Source: Elusimicrobia bacterium GWA2_61_42
Lineage (GTDB): Bacteria > Elusimicrobiota > Elusimicrobia > Elusimicrobiales > UBA9959
DNA length: 64,000 bases
Assembly: GCA_001799615.1 (NCBI GenBank)
Contig: MGTU01000009.1
Span: 576 to 64,575 of the forward strand
Direction of reading: 5' to 3'
Below the pieces are notes generated by a model. That model was not told where the DNA came from and made no database searches. It saw only the letters and a list, made by a program, of their open reading frames with translations. A program made the translations under genes and the position numbers. Position 1 is the first letter of the stretch; the number at the start of each line of letters is the position of its first letter. Of this stretch, positions 55,101 to 63,597 are shown one piece after another.

Positions 55101-55263
55101 GACCGTGGTGGACTTCAAGACCGGGCGCGAGAACATGAAAAAATACGCGCCCCAGATGAAGAATTACCTGGCGATAATTTCCGAAGTGTACGGCAGGCCC
55201 GCCAAGGGCGCGCTGGCCTACGTGGACCTGCAAAAGATAGTAGAGGTTAAACCGGGAGACTGA
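52138..55263 (+). CDS. UvrD/Rep-type superfamily-1 helicase fused to a C-terminal PD-(D/E)XK (RecB-family) nuclease, AddA-like
   Basis: Walker A SASAGSGKTYTL. Also LIDEFQDTN, VGDIKQAIYMFRNAD and TFHKSKGLGF. The nuclease motif is RMDRVII...VVDFKTG...QMKNY. Confidence 0.8.
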   Translation: MGKPAATAAQVLEGDKTLKFPHAILISASAGSGKTYTLTQRYVQFLLSEKVPNNDLSGILAVTFTNNAAKEMKARILAWLKDLALNKNCEKMDETLALVSLSREEVHKRAGDLVERVIGNYSDFHIQTIDSFLARVMAASVDELKLPLKAEITMAYDVLIDLALYAMFARIGKADLPAEVVDKFLAVLPKTGSYPWNPAQRVKDNFNSFLTQEGKTAGVLAAVAGDHEALLKAKFGETLKFCAGLVKHYGDKGLFKEKCLAALEAKNLTDFLAAYKFDYGIFSGVKKKSLPAGWEKDLASLNELVIALTELNAAAYYHPYVGIYDRFKAELERVKRGKTDVIHINDIAKKLSAYINAENVPEVYLKLGERISHFLIDEFQDTNRLQWDVLRPLVEEAVSKNGSLFVVGDIKQAIYMFRNADYKIMRDLLDKAEGKKAEAANLSLDSLGGELKYVNLPVNYRSDGEVLNYVNALFKEKLKRVPELIGQDLTELTAYSQAARPDRLKLGYVKTGVLELEDLSEAEPQKDWLLKAVNSARERYPLGEIAILVAKNKRIEPVVEWLTGAGIPVASLSSLDIRKRKVVAELIACLKFLETPSDDLSFSAFITGDIFTRLTGLPREELTEFVFNSRLTAPGALLYAAFRNHARYKEYWDKYLDEAFRKVGYLPLYELVSVVCDDFRLFANFPSEQAFLARFLDAVSALEAGGVTSPRSFIEYASGADEDKAALFSIALPEYLDAVRVMTFHKSKGLGFSVVINLMYDERGQSDPMYFEEKDGEIHVYHITKAAAEQSVKLRPVYEGRRTDANVQDLNVLYVISTRARHELYNLVIKKARKTAAPEPRLQDLFAPFEAGTPAERKPEARQASEPVEVPGAAARPEQRFDALKPTYGSSFDTAEGELAHAILARVTGPSDPERELPALFDELSPGYPFKFDKVRLVKTLLAFLSNSEAANFFADGPGRQVLAEAEFIDRNGALFRMDRVIIEKDAVTVVDFKTGRENMKKYAPQMKNYLAIISEVYGRPAKGALAYVDLQKIVEVKPGD

Positions 55264-55265
55264 GA

Positions 55266-56642
55266 ATGAAAAAAGACCTTAAAGAATACGCGGCCCTGCT
55301 GGGCGGCTACAGCGAGCTGCGCCTGCAGGAGAACCGGAACGCCAATATCTCCCTGATGAACGGGAACCTGGTCGCTAACGGCCAAACGGCCGCCGGCGGC
55401 CTGTCGGCCAGGGTTTACAGGAACGGGGCCTGGGGCTTCGCCTCCGCCCCCGGGGCCGACGTCGAAACAGTTAAAAAAGTGCTGGCCGCCGCCGCCCGCA
55501 ACGCCGAGTTCCTGGATTCACGCCTTAAAAAAGGCCTGCCGCCGCTGCCTTCCCTGCCCGGCAGCGCCGTGCACGACCTCTCGACCAGGAAAAACCGCAA
55601 AAGCCAGAAGGAACTGGTGGACTTCGCCACCGAGATCGACGGCTACATAGCCGGGAAATATAAAGCCCTTAAAGGCCGGCGCGTAAGCATACAGGGCCTG
55701 GACATGGAGAAGGCCTATGTTAATTCCTACGGCTCTTCTTCTTACTCTATGACGCCGCGCTCCACTTTAAGGGTGGTCATGTTCACCGAAAAGGACGGCG
55801 TCCCGGTGCAGGCTTCGGACTATGTCTGCAGCGTGGGCCATTTCGAGGACGTTTTCAGCGAGCCGGCCGCGCTGTTCTCCTTCGTGGACGGGATCTACGA
55901 GAAGCTCAGGCGCAGCGCCGAAGGCGTTTACCCCGAAGCCGGCCTGAAGGAATGCATCCTGGACGCCGACCTGGCCGGCATACTGGCGCACGAGGCCGTG
56001 GGCCACACTACCGAGGCGGACCTGGTGCTGGGCGGTTCCGTTTCCGCCGGCCTGATGGGCAAGGTGGTCGCCAGCCCCATGGTGAACCTGACGGACTTCG
56101 CGCATACCTGCCTGGGCAGGCCCTGCCATATCCCGGTCTACGTGGACGACGAAGGCGTAACGGCCAAAGACGCCGTGATCATAAAGGACGGCGTGCTGAC
56201 TTCCTACATGCACAACCGCGAGTCGGCCGCGCATTTCGGCGCGGCGCCTACCGGCAACGCCCGGGCCTCGGAATTCTCGGACGAGCCCCTTATCCGCATG
56301 CGCAATACGGCTATACTGCCGGGCAAGGACAAGCTGGCGGACATGGTAAGTTCCGTCAAGGACGGTTATTACCTGGCCGGCTGGACCAACGGCCAGGCCG
56401 ACTCCACCAGCGAATTTACTTTCGGGGTGATGGGCGGCTACGAAATAAAGAACGGCAAGTTCGCCAGGTCCCTGCGGGGAGCCACGGTTTCCGGCGTGGC
56501 CTTCGAACTGCTCAAGACCGTCACCATGCTTTCTTCCGACATGAGCTGGTCCGCCATCGGCATGTGCGGCAAGAAGCAGAGCATCCCGGCCGCCATGGGC
56601 GGCCCGGCCGTAAAATGCCTTATCAACATAGGGGGGCGCTGA
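55266..56642 (+). CDS. tldD: TldD-family metalloprotease
   Basis: Has the HEAVGH zinc motif. It is 458 aa and adjacent to its PmbA partner. Confidence 0.85.
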   Translation: MKKDLKEYAALLGGYSELRLQENRNANISLMNGNLVANGQTAAGGLSARVYRNGAWGFASAPGADVETVKKVLAAAARNAEFLDSRLKKGLPPLPSLPGSAVHDLSTRKNRKSQKELVDFATEIDGYIAGKYKALKGRRVSIQGLDMEKAYVNSYGSSSYSMTPRSTLRVVMFTEKDGVPVQASDYVCSVGHFEDVFSEPAALFSFVDGIYEKLRRSAEGVYPEAGLKECILDADLAGILAHEAVGHTTEADLVLGGSVSAGLMGKVVASPMVNLTDFAHTCLGRPCHIPVYVDDEGVTAKDAVIIKDGVLTSYMHNRESAAHFGAAPTGNARASEFSDEPLIRMRNTAILPGKDKLADMVSSVKDGYYLAGWTNGQADSTSEFTFGVMGGYEIKNGKFARSLRGATVSGVAFELLKTVTMLSSDMSWSAIGMCGKKQSIPAAMGGPAVKCLINIGGR

Positions 56643-56643
56643 C

Positions 56644-57939
56644 ATGTCCGACAAGAACACCGCTTTATTCTGCCTGGAAAGCCTTAAGCAGGCCGGCGCC
56701 GACAAGGCGCAGTGCGTGCTCACCAACACCGAGAAGCACGAGTTCAACGTGGACTGCGACAAACTCTCGCTGCTGCGCACGGGGTACGACACTTCCATAA
56801 AGTTCACGGCCATCAAGGACGGCCGCAGGGGCACCGCCTCGCTTAACGGCTGCGCCAGGCCGGAGATCGAGAAAGCGGCGGCTTCGGCGGTGGAATTCTC
56901 CAAAGCCTCGCCTTCGGACCCGGCTTACGATATCGCCCCCGCGCAGCCCGCCAAAGTTTTTGAGAGCGGCCTGGCCGCGCCGGACCTGGGCGCCATGTAC
57001 GACAGGCTCTCCGCTCTGCTGGCGCAGGCCCGCGCGAAGTACCCCCGCCTTAAACTGGTGCAGGCTATCGTGAACTTCAACCGCAAGACCGAGTATTTCC
57101 TGAACTCCAACGGCGTGGACTTCACTTCTTCCACCGGGTATTACGACGGCTCCGTTTTTTTCCTGTCGCAGGACGGCAAAAAAACCTCCTCGTTCAATTA
57201 TTCCGGGTTCACTTCCCGCGAGATGGAAAAAGAACTGATCGGGCGGGTTTCCATCGACACGCTGTTCCGCCAGTCGGCCGAGCAGCTGGACACGAAACCC
57301 CTGAACGGCAAGTTCGAGGGGGAGATCATAGTCACCCCCGACTGCCTGATAAACTTCCTGCAGTTCATAACGGCCATGGCGCTGCGCGACGCTTCGCTGA
57401 TCTCCGGCAGCAGCGTCTACAAGGACAAGCTGGGCAGGCAGATAGCTTCCCCGGGCTTCACCCTGCATTCCCGGCCCGTCTCCTACGAGATCGTGGACGG
57501 CTACTTCGTAACCCCGGACGGCTTTGAGGCCGAGAACACGACCATAATAGAGAACGGCGTGCTGAAGACCTTCCTGCTGAGCCTTTACGGCGCCAACAAG
57601 ACCGGCCTGCCGCGGGTTTCCTGCTCCGCCGGCTGCGACGTGATAGAGCCGGGCGATAAAACGCTGGAAGAGCTGGCGGCCCCCATAAAGAAAGGCCTGC
57701 TGGTCACGCGCGTGTCCGGCAACAACCCCAACGAAAGCGGCGATTTCTCCGGCGTGGCCAAGAACAGCTACTATATCGAGAACGGCAAGATCCTCTATCC
57801 CGTCAGCGAGACCATGATCTCCTGCAATATTCCCAAGATGTTCATGGATATCAGGGGTATCTCCAAAGAACGGGTGGATTTCGGCAGCGCCGTCTACCCG
57901 TGGCTCTCCTTCGGGGGAGTGACGGTCTCCGGCAAATAG
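56644..57939 (+). CDS. pmbA: PmbA/TldE-family protease subunit
   Basis: 431-aa TldD/PmbA fold lacking the HExxH motif. It starts 1 nt after the tldD stop. Confidence 0.8.
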   Translation: MSDKNTALFCLESLKQAGADKAQCVLTNTEKHEFNVDCDKLSLLRTGYDTSIKFTAIKDGRRGTASLNGCARPEIEKAAASAVEFSKASPSDPAYDIAPAQPAKVFESGLAAPDLGAMYDRLSALLAQARAKYPRLKLVQAIVNFNRKTEYFLNSNGVDFTSSTGYYDGSVFFLSQDGKKTSSFNYSGFTSREMEKELIGRVSIDTLFRQSAEQLDTKPLNGKFEGEIIVTPDCLINFLQFITAMALRDASLISGSSVYKDKLGRQIASPGFTLHSRPVSYEIVDGYFVTPDGFEAENTTIIENGVLKTFLLSLYGANKTGLPRVSCSAGCDVIEPGDKTLEELAAPIKKGLLVTRVSGNNPNESGDFSGVAKNSYYIENGKILYPVSETMISCNIPKMFMDIRGISKERVDFGSAVYPWLSFGGVTVSGK

Positions 57940-57949
57940 GAACGCGGGA

Positions 57950-59008
57950 ATGGACATGAACGTAGTTAAATTCGATTTCCTGGCGGCTTCGGACGCGGAC
58001 TGGGAGGCCTATTTCCGGCACAAGGACGAGATCCTGCGCGAGGCCGACCCGGAAGAACCCCTGCTGCCCCGCGAAAAAAGAAAGGCGGTCTTCATTTCTT
58101 CCGCGGCCAGCCCGTACCGCCAGGCCCGCATGTTCCTTATGTTCTCCCCCGGGGACGCCGCCGCCGCGGGGTTCGCTTTCCTTTCCGTGGAAACCCCCCG
58201 AAGTCCCACGTATGAGACCAATAAGCATTTCGCCCACCTTACGCTCTCCGTCTCGAAAAAATACAGGGGCAAGGGCGCTGGCCGCCTATTGCTGAAGCGC
58301 GTGATAGAAGAGGCCGCCGCGCTGGAGCCGGCCATCAGCGAACTGCTCACCCCCGTGGTGCTGGAATCCGGCGGGCGGTTCCTGGCGGGCCTGGGCGCCA
58401 CCGTAGCGCTTGAGAACGCGGAGAACCGGCTGAATTTCAAGGACGTCGACTGGAAGATGGCGCAGGCCTGGGCCGAAGAGGGCGCCCGCAGGAACCCGGC
58501 CACCGCGCTTGTAACCGTGCAAACCATCCCCCGGGAGGACCTGGAGGATTACAGCGCGGCCTATACGGAAACCAGCGCCCAGGCCCCCCAGGGCGACATA
58601 GAGGGGAAGTTCGTCTATACCCCGGAGATGATCCGTTTCTCGGAACAGAAAATAATAGCCCAGGGCTATACGCCGATAACGATGTTCACCAGGGAAAGCG
58701 ACGGAAAAATAAGCGGCTTGACCGAGATGATGTACCTGCCGGAAGCGGGGCACAAGGCGACGCAGATGCTTACCGGCGTGCGCGAGCAGTACAGAGGCCG
58801 GGGGCTGGGGAAACTCCTGAAGGCCAGCATGCTGCTGCATATAAGGAAAGAATTTCCCGGAGTAAAACATGTGGCGACAGGCAACGCCGACTCCAACGCG
58901 CCCATGCTGGCCATAAACAACAGGCTGGGTTTTAAAAAACACCTGGCGATAAAACTTTACAAACTGAAGCTCGGCCCGAAGCTGCCGGAAAAGGCGGGGC
59001 CGCCGTGA
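57950..59008 (+). CDS. Tandem GNAT-family N-acetyltransferase
   Basis: There are two acetyl-CoA-binding motifs: KKYRGKGAGRLLL and EQYRGRGLGKLLK. Confidence 0.7.
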   Translation: MDMNVVKFDFLAASDADWEAYFRHKDEILREADPEEPLLPREKRKAVFISSAASPYRQARMFLMFSPGDAAAAGFAFLSVETPRSPTYETNKHFAHLTLSVSKKYRGKGAGRLLLKRVIEEAAALEPAISELLTPVVLESGGRFLAGLGATVALENAENRLNFKDVDWKMAQAWAEEGARRNPATALVTVQTIPREDLEDYSAAYTETSAQAPQGDIEGKFVYTPEMIRFSEQKIIAQGYTPITMFTRESDGKISGLTEMMYLPEAGHKATQMLTGVREQYRGRGLGKLLKASMLLHIRKEFPGVKHVATGNADSNAPMLAINNRLGFKKHLAIKLYKLKLGPKLPEKAGPP

Positions 59009-59691
59009 GATCCAGGTTCTCTATCTGGGCTATCGTCGCCGCCAACCTGCTGCCGCTGGTCCTGGTCGCGCTCGGCTACTGGGGCGTAACCGAGATCCTG
59101 GCGCTTTACTGGATCGAGACCGCCATCGTCGGATTTTTTACCGTCCTGAAGGTCTTTTTCGCCTCGGCGCCGGTGCCGTATCACAAAACCGTCACTTTTG
59201 AAATGCTCAAGTCGGCTCCGCATCTGAAAACGCTGCCGCTGCTGGCCGGGGACCTGGGTTTTATCGGGAAGATCCTGATCTCCCTCTTTTTCGCTTTTCC
59301 TTTCATTATGTTCATGGCGCTGAACGGACTTATTCTTTACCTGGCGCTGGTCCTTGTTTATCCCGGCGCCAGCGTGCCGCCGCTCTTAAGCCTGAAATGG
59401 GGGCTGCTGTCGCTGTTCCTGGGTCACGGCGCCGCTTTCGCGGCGGATTATCTCGCCAGCGGTGAATTTCGCAGGACCAGGCCCGGCGACTGCGTGAACG
59501 AGCCTTTTCACAGGCTGGCTATAATGCAGCTTACCCTGGCCGCCGGGGCCGGCCTCTCCGGCTCGTTCGGCGGCATGCTGTATATAATGAGCGTTTTCGT
59601 CGTGGCCAAGCTCGCCATCGAACTGCGCCCGCCGGGCGGCTACATCGGCGCCGCGGCAGAAACGCCAAAAACCGACGCGTCAGCACGTTGA
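59005..59691 (+). CDS. Polytopic membrane protein, unknown function
   Basis: 228 aa with about 6 hydrophobic helices. It overlaps the GNAT stop by 4 nt. Confidence 0.55.
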   Translation: MRSRFSIWAIVAANLLPLVLVALGYWGVTEILALYWIETAIVGFFTVLKVFFASAPVPYHKTVTFEMLKSAPHLKTLPLLAGDLGFIGKILISLFFAFPFIMFMALNGLILYLALVLVYPGASVPPLLSLKWGLLSLFLGHGAAFAADYLASGEFRRTRPGDCVNEPFHRLAIMQLTLAAGAGLSGSFGGMLYIMSVFVVAKLAIELRPPGGYIGAAAETPKTDASAR

Positions 59692-59717
59692 CGCTTTCTC
59701 CTGCTATACTATATAAG

Positions 59718-61592
59718 ATGACTCCCGAGGAAATCCTTAAAAAACGCTGGGGCTACGGCGCCTTCAAACCTCTGCAGAAAGAGGCTATAGAGGCCGCGCT
59801 GGCCGGGAGGGACTGTTTGGTGGTGCTGCCTACGGGCGGCGGCAAAAGCCTTTGCTACCAGCTGCCGGCGGCCATGGGAAAGGGCCTGGTGCTGGTGGTG
59901 TCCCCGTTGATAGCCCTGATGGACGACCAGGTGGCCGCCGCGCGCGAAGCCGGCCTGGCCGCCGACGCGCTGCATTCCAATTTGAAGGCCGGCCCCAAGC
60001 GCGAGGCTTACCAGAACCTCTCCAGCGGCGTTACTGAACTGCTTTATGTCAGCCCGGAGCGCCTGCTCTCCGGCGACCTTTACCAGCTGATAGCTCCCCG
60101 GCTTATACTGGCCGCGGTAGACGAGGCGCACTGCGTGTCCCATTGGGGCCACGAGTTCCGCCCGGAGTACCGCCGCCTGACGGAGGCGCTGGACCTTTTT
60201 CCCAGGGCGGCCCGCATGGCGCTTACGGCCACGGCTACGCCCGTGGTGCAGGAGGATATCCGCGCGCAGCTGGCGCTGCGCTCGCCCGAGATCCTGATCG
60301 GCCACCCTGACCGCCCCAACCTTGTTTACCGCGCTTTCCCGCGCCGGGACCAGTCCAGGCAGGTGCTGGAGGTGGTGAAGCGCCACCCCGGCGAGGGCGG
60401 CATAGTTTACGCCCAGACCCGCAAGGACGTCACGCGCCTGGCCGCGAACCTTAAGAAGGAAGGGGTTTCCTGCGCGCCTTACCACGCGGGGCTCAACGCC
60501 GAGGAGCGCCGCCAGGCGCAGGACGATTTCGTGAACGAGCGGCTGGACGTGATAGTGGCCACCATCGCCTTCGGCATGGGCATAGACCGCTCCAACGTGC
60601 GCTACGTGGTGCACGCCAACACGCCGCGCTCGGTGGAGCATTACCAGCAGGAGAGCGGCCGCGCCGGGCGCGACGGCGAGCCCGCCGACTGCACGCTGCT
60701 GTTCTCGGCGGCGGACCTGGCCATGCACCGCTGGATGGCCAAGAAAGACGTCACGCTTTCCGCTGAGCGCGAGCGCGCGCTGGAGAAGCAGCTGCGCGAC
60801 ATCGGGCGCTTCGCGGTGGCGCCGGTGTGCCGGCACGGGCAACTGGCCGAGCATTTCAGCGCGCCTTACCCGGTGGCGCCGCGCGGGGAAGGGGGCTGCG
60901 GGGCCTGCGACGTCTGCCTGGGGGAGACCAAGGGGCTGTCGGACGCGGAGGCGCTGCTGACGGCTAAAAAAGTTTTGAGCGCGGCGTGGCGGGCCGAGGG
61001 GCGCTACGGCACGGGCTACGTGGTGAATCTGCTGCTGGGGCGGCCTAACGACCGCATGACGGGCAACGGCCACGACAAGCTTCAGGTGTTCGGCCTGCTG
61101 AAAGAGGCGGGCGAGCCGGCGGTGAGGTCTTGGATAGACCAGCTTATCGTGCAGGATTTCCTGGAGGTGACGGAGGAGAGCGAATACCCGCTGCTGCGGA
61201 TCACGGCGGCGGGCCGCGCGCTGTGCCAGGACAAAGGCGCGGTGCGGCTGGGGCTGCCGGTGCCGCCCAAGGCGGGCAAGAAGAAGTCCAAGGCGCTGAA
61301 GAAGGCGGGCGCTGATTTCTCCGCTTCGGACGAAGCGCTCTTCGAGCGGCTGCGCGCTATCCGGCGGGCGCTGGCGGACAAGGCGGGCATCCCGCCGTAC
61401 GTTATCTGCCAGGACGCGACGCTGCTGGAAATTTCTTCGGTGAAGCCGCGGACCCCGGAGGCGCTGCTGGAGATCAAGGGGATGGGGGAGAAGCGGGTGC
61501 AGAAATACGGCAGGATCTTCCTGGACGCCGTCGCCGGGCGCGCGCCGGAAATCCCTGCGCCGTCCGCGGTATCGGATGAGGCGGAGTTCTGA
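59718..61592 (+). CDS. recQ: ATP-dependent DNA helicase RecQ (helicase + RQC + HRDC)
   Basis: From ATG 59718: MTPEEILKKRWGYGAFKPLQ. Also has LPTGGGKSLCYQLPA, VDEAHCVSHWGHEFRPEY, and the HRDC region LFERLRAIRRALADKAGIPPYVI...IKGMGEKRVQKYG. The ORF-track start at 59688 is a TTG overlapping the upstream gene. Confidence 0.9.
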   Translation: MTPEEILKKRWGYGAFKPLQKEAIEAALAGRDCLVVLPTGGGKSLCYQLPAAMGKGLVLVVSPLIALMDDQVAAAREAGLAADALHSNLKAGPKREAYQNLSSGVTELLYVSPERLLSGDLYQLIAPRLILAAVDEAHCVSHWGHEFRPEYRRLTEALDLFPRAARMALTATATPVVQEDIRAQLALRSPEILIGHPDRPNLVYRAFPRRDQSRQVLEVVKRHPGEGGIVYAQTRKDVTRLAANLKKEGVSCAPYHAGLNAEERRQAQDDFVNERLDVIVATIAFGMGIDRSNVRYVVHANTPRSVEHYQQESGRAGRDGEPADCTLLFSAADLAMHRWMAKKDVTLSAERERALEKQLRDIGRFAVAPVCRHGQLAEHFSAPYPVAPRGEGGCGACDVCLGETKGLSDAEALLTAKKVLSAAWRAEGRYGTGYVVNLLLGRPNDRMTGNGHDKLQVFGLLKEAGEPAVRSWIDQLIVQDFLEVTEESEYPLLRITAAGRALCQDKGAVRLGLPVPPKAGKKKSKALKKAGADFSASDEALFERLRAIRRALADKAGIPPYVICQDATLLEISSVKPRTPEALLEIKGMGEKRVQKYGRIFLDAVAGRAPEIPAPSAVSDEAEF

Positions 61593-61617
61593 GCTTATTC
61601 AGCCACCGAGGTTATAA

Positions 61618-62661
61618 ATGACGAACGACAAGAAAGATCCGGGTACTACGCTGCTGGTGCTGCTGGCCGTTTTCCTTTTCCTGTTCCTGGGCATGATCTG
61701 GCCTTACCTGATAGCGCTGGTGATGGGCCTGCTGCTGGCCATCCTCAGCCGGCCGCTTTATAACGCGCTGGTAAAGAGACGCCTGGGGCCGCAGCTGGCG
61801 GCGGGCTTGTCCATGGCGGTGATCCTGCTGGCTATCATAGGGCCGCTGGCGGTTTTTGCGGTCACGGCGGTCAAGCAGGCCGTGGCCCTGGCGGCTTACC
61901 TGGCCGACGAGCGCGGCGCGGAATTCGTGAGGGCGGCGGTGGCCGCGGTTACGGCGCTGAAGCCGGTGCAATGGGTTATAGACAGCCCGGCTGACCTGCA
62001 GGCCAAGGGGCTGGAGTTCGCCCAGAGCGCGGGCGGCGCGCTGAGCCGCATGATCCTGGTGCAGGCTGCCGCCCTGCCGGACCTGCTGCTTAAGGTGGTT
62101 ATTTCCCTGCTTACCTGGTTCTTCCTGCTTTTCGAGGGGGAAACTTTTCTTAACTGGTTTATGCGCAGGGTGCCTATGGAGGCCGGCCTGCGCGGCCGCC
62201 TGATCTCTTCTTTCAGGGCTACGGCCGCTTCCACGGTGTGGGCGACTTCGGCGGCCGCGGCGGCGCAGGCGCTGGTGGTGATGGCGGGTTTCTGGGCGCT
62301 GGGGGTGCCGGCTATTTTCCTGGCCGGCGGGGCTACGTTCATCTTCGCCTGGATACCCATCCTGGGCAGCCTGCCGGTCTGCCTGGCGGGGGCGGTTTAT
62401 CTGTATTTCAACGGCGCGCTTTTTATGCTGGCGCTGATGGGCCTGGTGGCGGTGGTGGCGGGGCTTATGGATAACGTGGTGCGGCCTATCGTGATGAAGG
62501 GGCACGGGGATATGCACCCGCTGCTGGCGCTCATTTCAATTTTCGCCGGGATACGGATGTTCGGGGTGCTGGGCGTGATCTTCGGGCCGATCGTGGCCGC
62601 CATGCTGCTGGCTTTGCTGAACTCCTGGCAGCTGCCGGCGGCCGGAGCCGGGAATAATTGA
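61618..62661 (+). CDS. AI-2E family transporter (PerM/YhhT-like permease)
   Basis: 347 aa, polytopic, with the C-terminal motif ...VRPIVMKGHGDMHPLLALISIFAGIRMFGVLGVIFGP. Confidence 0.8.
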   Translation: MTNDKKDPGTTLLVLLAVFLFLFLGMIWPYLIALVMGLLLAILSRPLYNALVKRRLGPQLAAGLSMAVILLAIIGPLAVFAVTAVKQAVALAAYLADERGAEFVRAAVAAVTALKPVQWVIDSPADLQAKGLEFAQSAGGALSRMILVQAAALPDLLLKVVISLLTWFFLLFEGETFLNWFMRRVPMEAGLRGRLISSFRATAASTVWATSAAAAAQALVVMAGFWALGVPAIFLAGGATFIFAWIPILGSLPVCLAGAVYLYFNGALFMLALMGLVAVVAGLMDNVVRPIVMKGHGDMHPLLALISIFAGIRMFGVLGVIFGPIVAAMLLALLNSWQLPAAGAGNN

Positions 62662-62734
62662 TCCCGGCGGGCCGCGCCGCCCGACGTGGAAAGGCGCCGG
62701 GGATATTAATTTTAAATTTATTTTTATTTACCCC

Positions 62735-62763
62735 TTGACAAGTCAAGGGGTTGCTGTTATACT
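62735..62763 (+). promoter_or_regulatory. Near-consensus sigma70 promoter of structured RNA copy B
   Basis: TTGACA, then 17 nt, then TATACT. It is preceded by the A/T-rich tract attaattttaaatttatttttattta. Confidence 0.75.
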
Positions 62764-62769
62764 CGGTAT

Positions 62770-63200
62770 GTAGTCCTGATCTTTTAAATGCGTCGGCGGT
62801 GTAGTCGAGGTGCTCTCGGTGGTGTGCGGTCGAGCTGATCTCGGCGTTGAGGTTTTCCGGTCCGCGGGTCCTGCCCGCCCCGACGCGGTTTTTCCCGGTT
62901 CGCGGCCTGTGTTCTCCGGTCTGGCGCTTTAGCGGCGCCGCTTGGTCCGCTGTTCGAGGCTTGCGTTCTCCGGGTTTTCCCTGGTCCGTCTCCCGCCCTT
63001 TCGGGCGGCGCGGTTGCCGGGGTCCTGGTTCGGCGCTCCGTCTTCTGGCGGTCTGCCTCCGGGTGGGTGTTCCGGCCCTCGGTCTCCGGCGCTAATGCGC
63101 CTCCTGGTTCCCGGTTCGCTCCTTACGTGGTCCGTAGTTCCCAAGTACCCTGGCCTGTGCGCCAATTGAAGAGCCCCCGTTCCCGGGGGCTCTCAATTTT
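62770..63200 (+). ncRNA. Unclassified ~430-nt A-depleted structured RNA, copy B
   Basis: The 5' end (atgtagtcctgatcttttaaatgcgtcggcgg) is identical to copy C. It shares internal conserved blocks and the 3' motif cctggcctgtgcgccaattgaagagcccccg with the other copies. The terminator is agagcccccg-ttcc-cgggggctct + AATTTT. Confidence 0.7.
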
Positions 63201-63258
63201 ATATAGTGCGCGTTTAGCTTTGGGTGGTGGGCCGCGAGAAGCCCAGTCGGAGCCTGCC

Positions 63259-63372
63259 GAGGGTATGGGCCCGGCGGGCACCGGGTCGGCCACACCGTGG
63301 CCGCCCTCCTCACTCGGCCTCGTCGCTATGCAAGCCTCGGCCTCCGTGAGGGCCCGCCGAACCCATACCCTC
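63259..63372. other. About 114-nt imperfect palindrome predicted to fold as a multi-stem junction, in the spacer between RNA copies B and C
   Basis: The outer 12-bp stem is cgagggtatggg/cccataccctcg. After a 2x2 internal loop comes the 8-bp stem cggcgggc/gcccgccg. Inner hairpins are cggccac-acc-gtggccg and cctcac...gtgagg. Confidence 0.4.
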
Positions 63373-63562
63373 GTCAGTCCCCTCCGTGATGGTGGCGTAA
63401 TAACAGTTTTGCCGGGTGATTGCCGGAGATCTTCGGGAGGGTGAAAGGGAGGAATTTTGAAAATAAAAAAATGCGGGGGAAGGGCTGCCGGAAAAAAATA
63501 GGCGGCGAACGGGATTTAGCTCGACGTGAAAATAAGAAAATAAAATATTTTAAGATTACCCC

Positions 63563-63591
63563 TTGACAAGTCAAGGAGTTGCTGTTATACT
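63563..63591 (+). promoter_or_regulatory. Near-consensus sigma70 promoter of structured RNA copy C
   Basis: TTGACA, then 17 nt, then TATACT. It is preceded by aaaataagaaaataaaatattttaagatta. Confidence 0.75.
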
Positions 63592-63597
63592 CGGTAT

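Noticed and set aside
62531-63574. Minus-strand ORFs 62531..62746 and 63374..63574, both starting MTCQGV
   Set aside because: The shared N-terminus is just the reverse complement of the conserved promoter palindrome (CCCTTGACAAGTCAAGG). The rest is unrelated low-complexity sequence.
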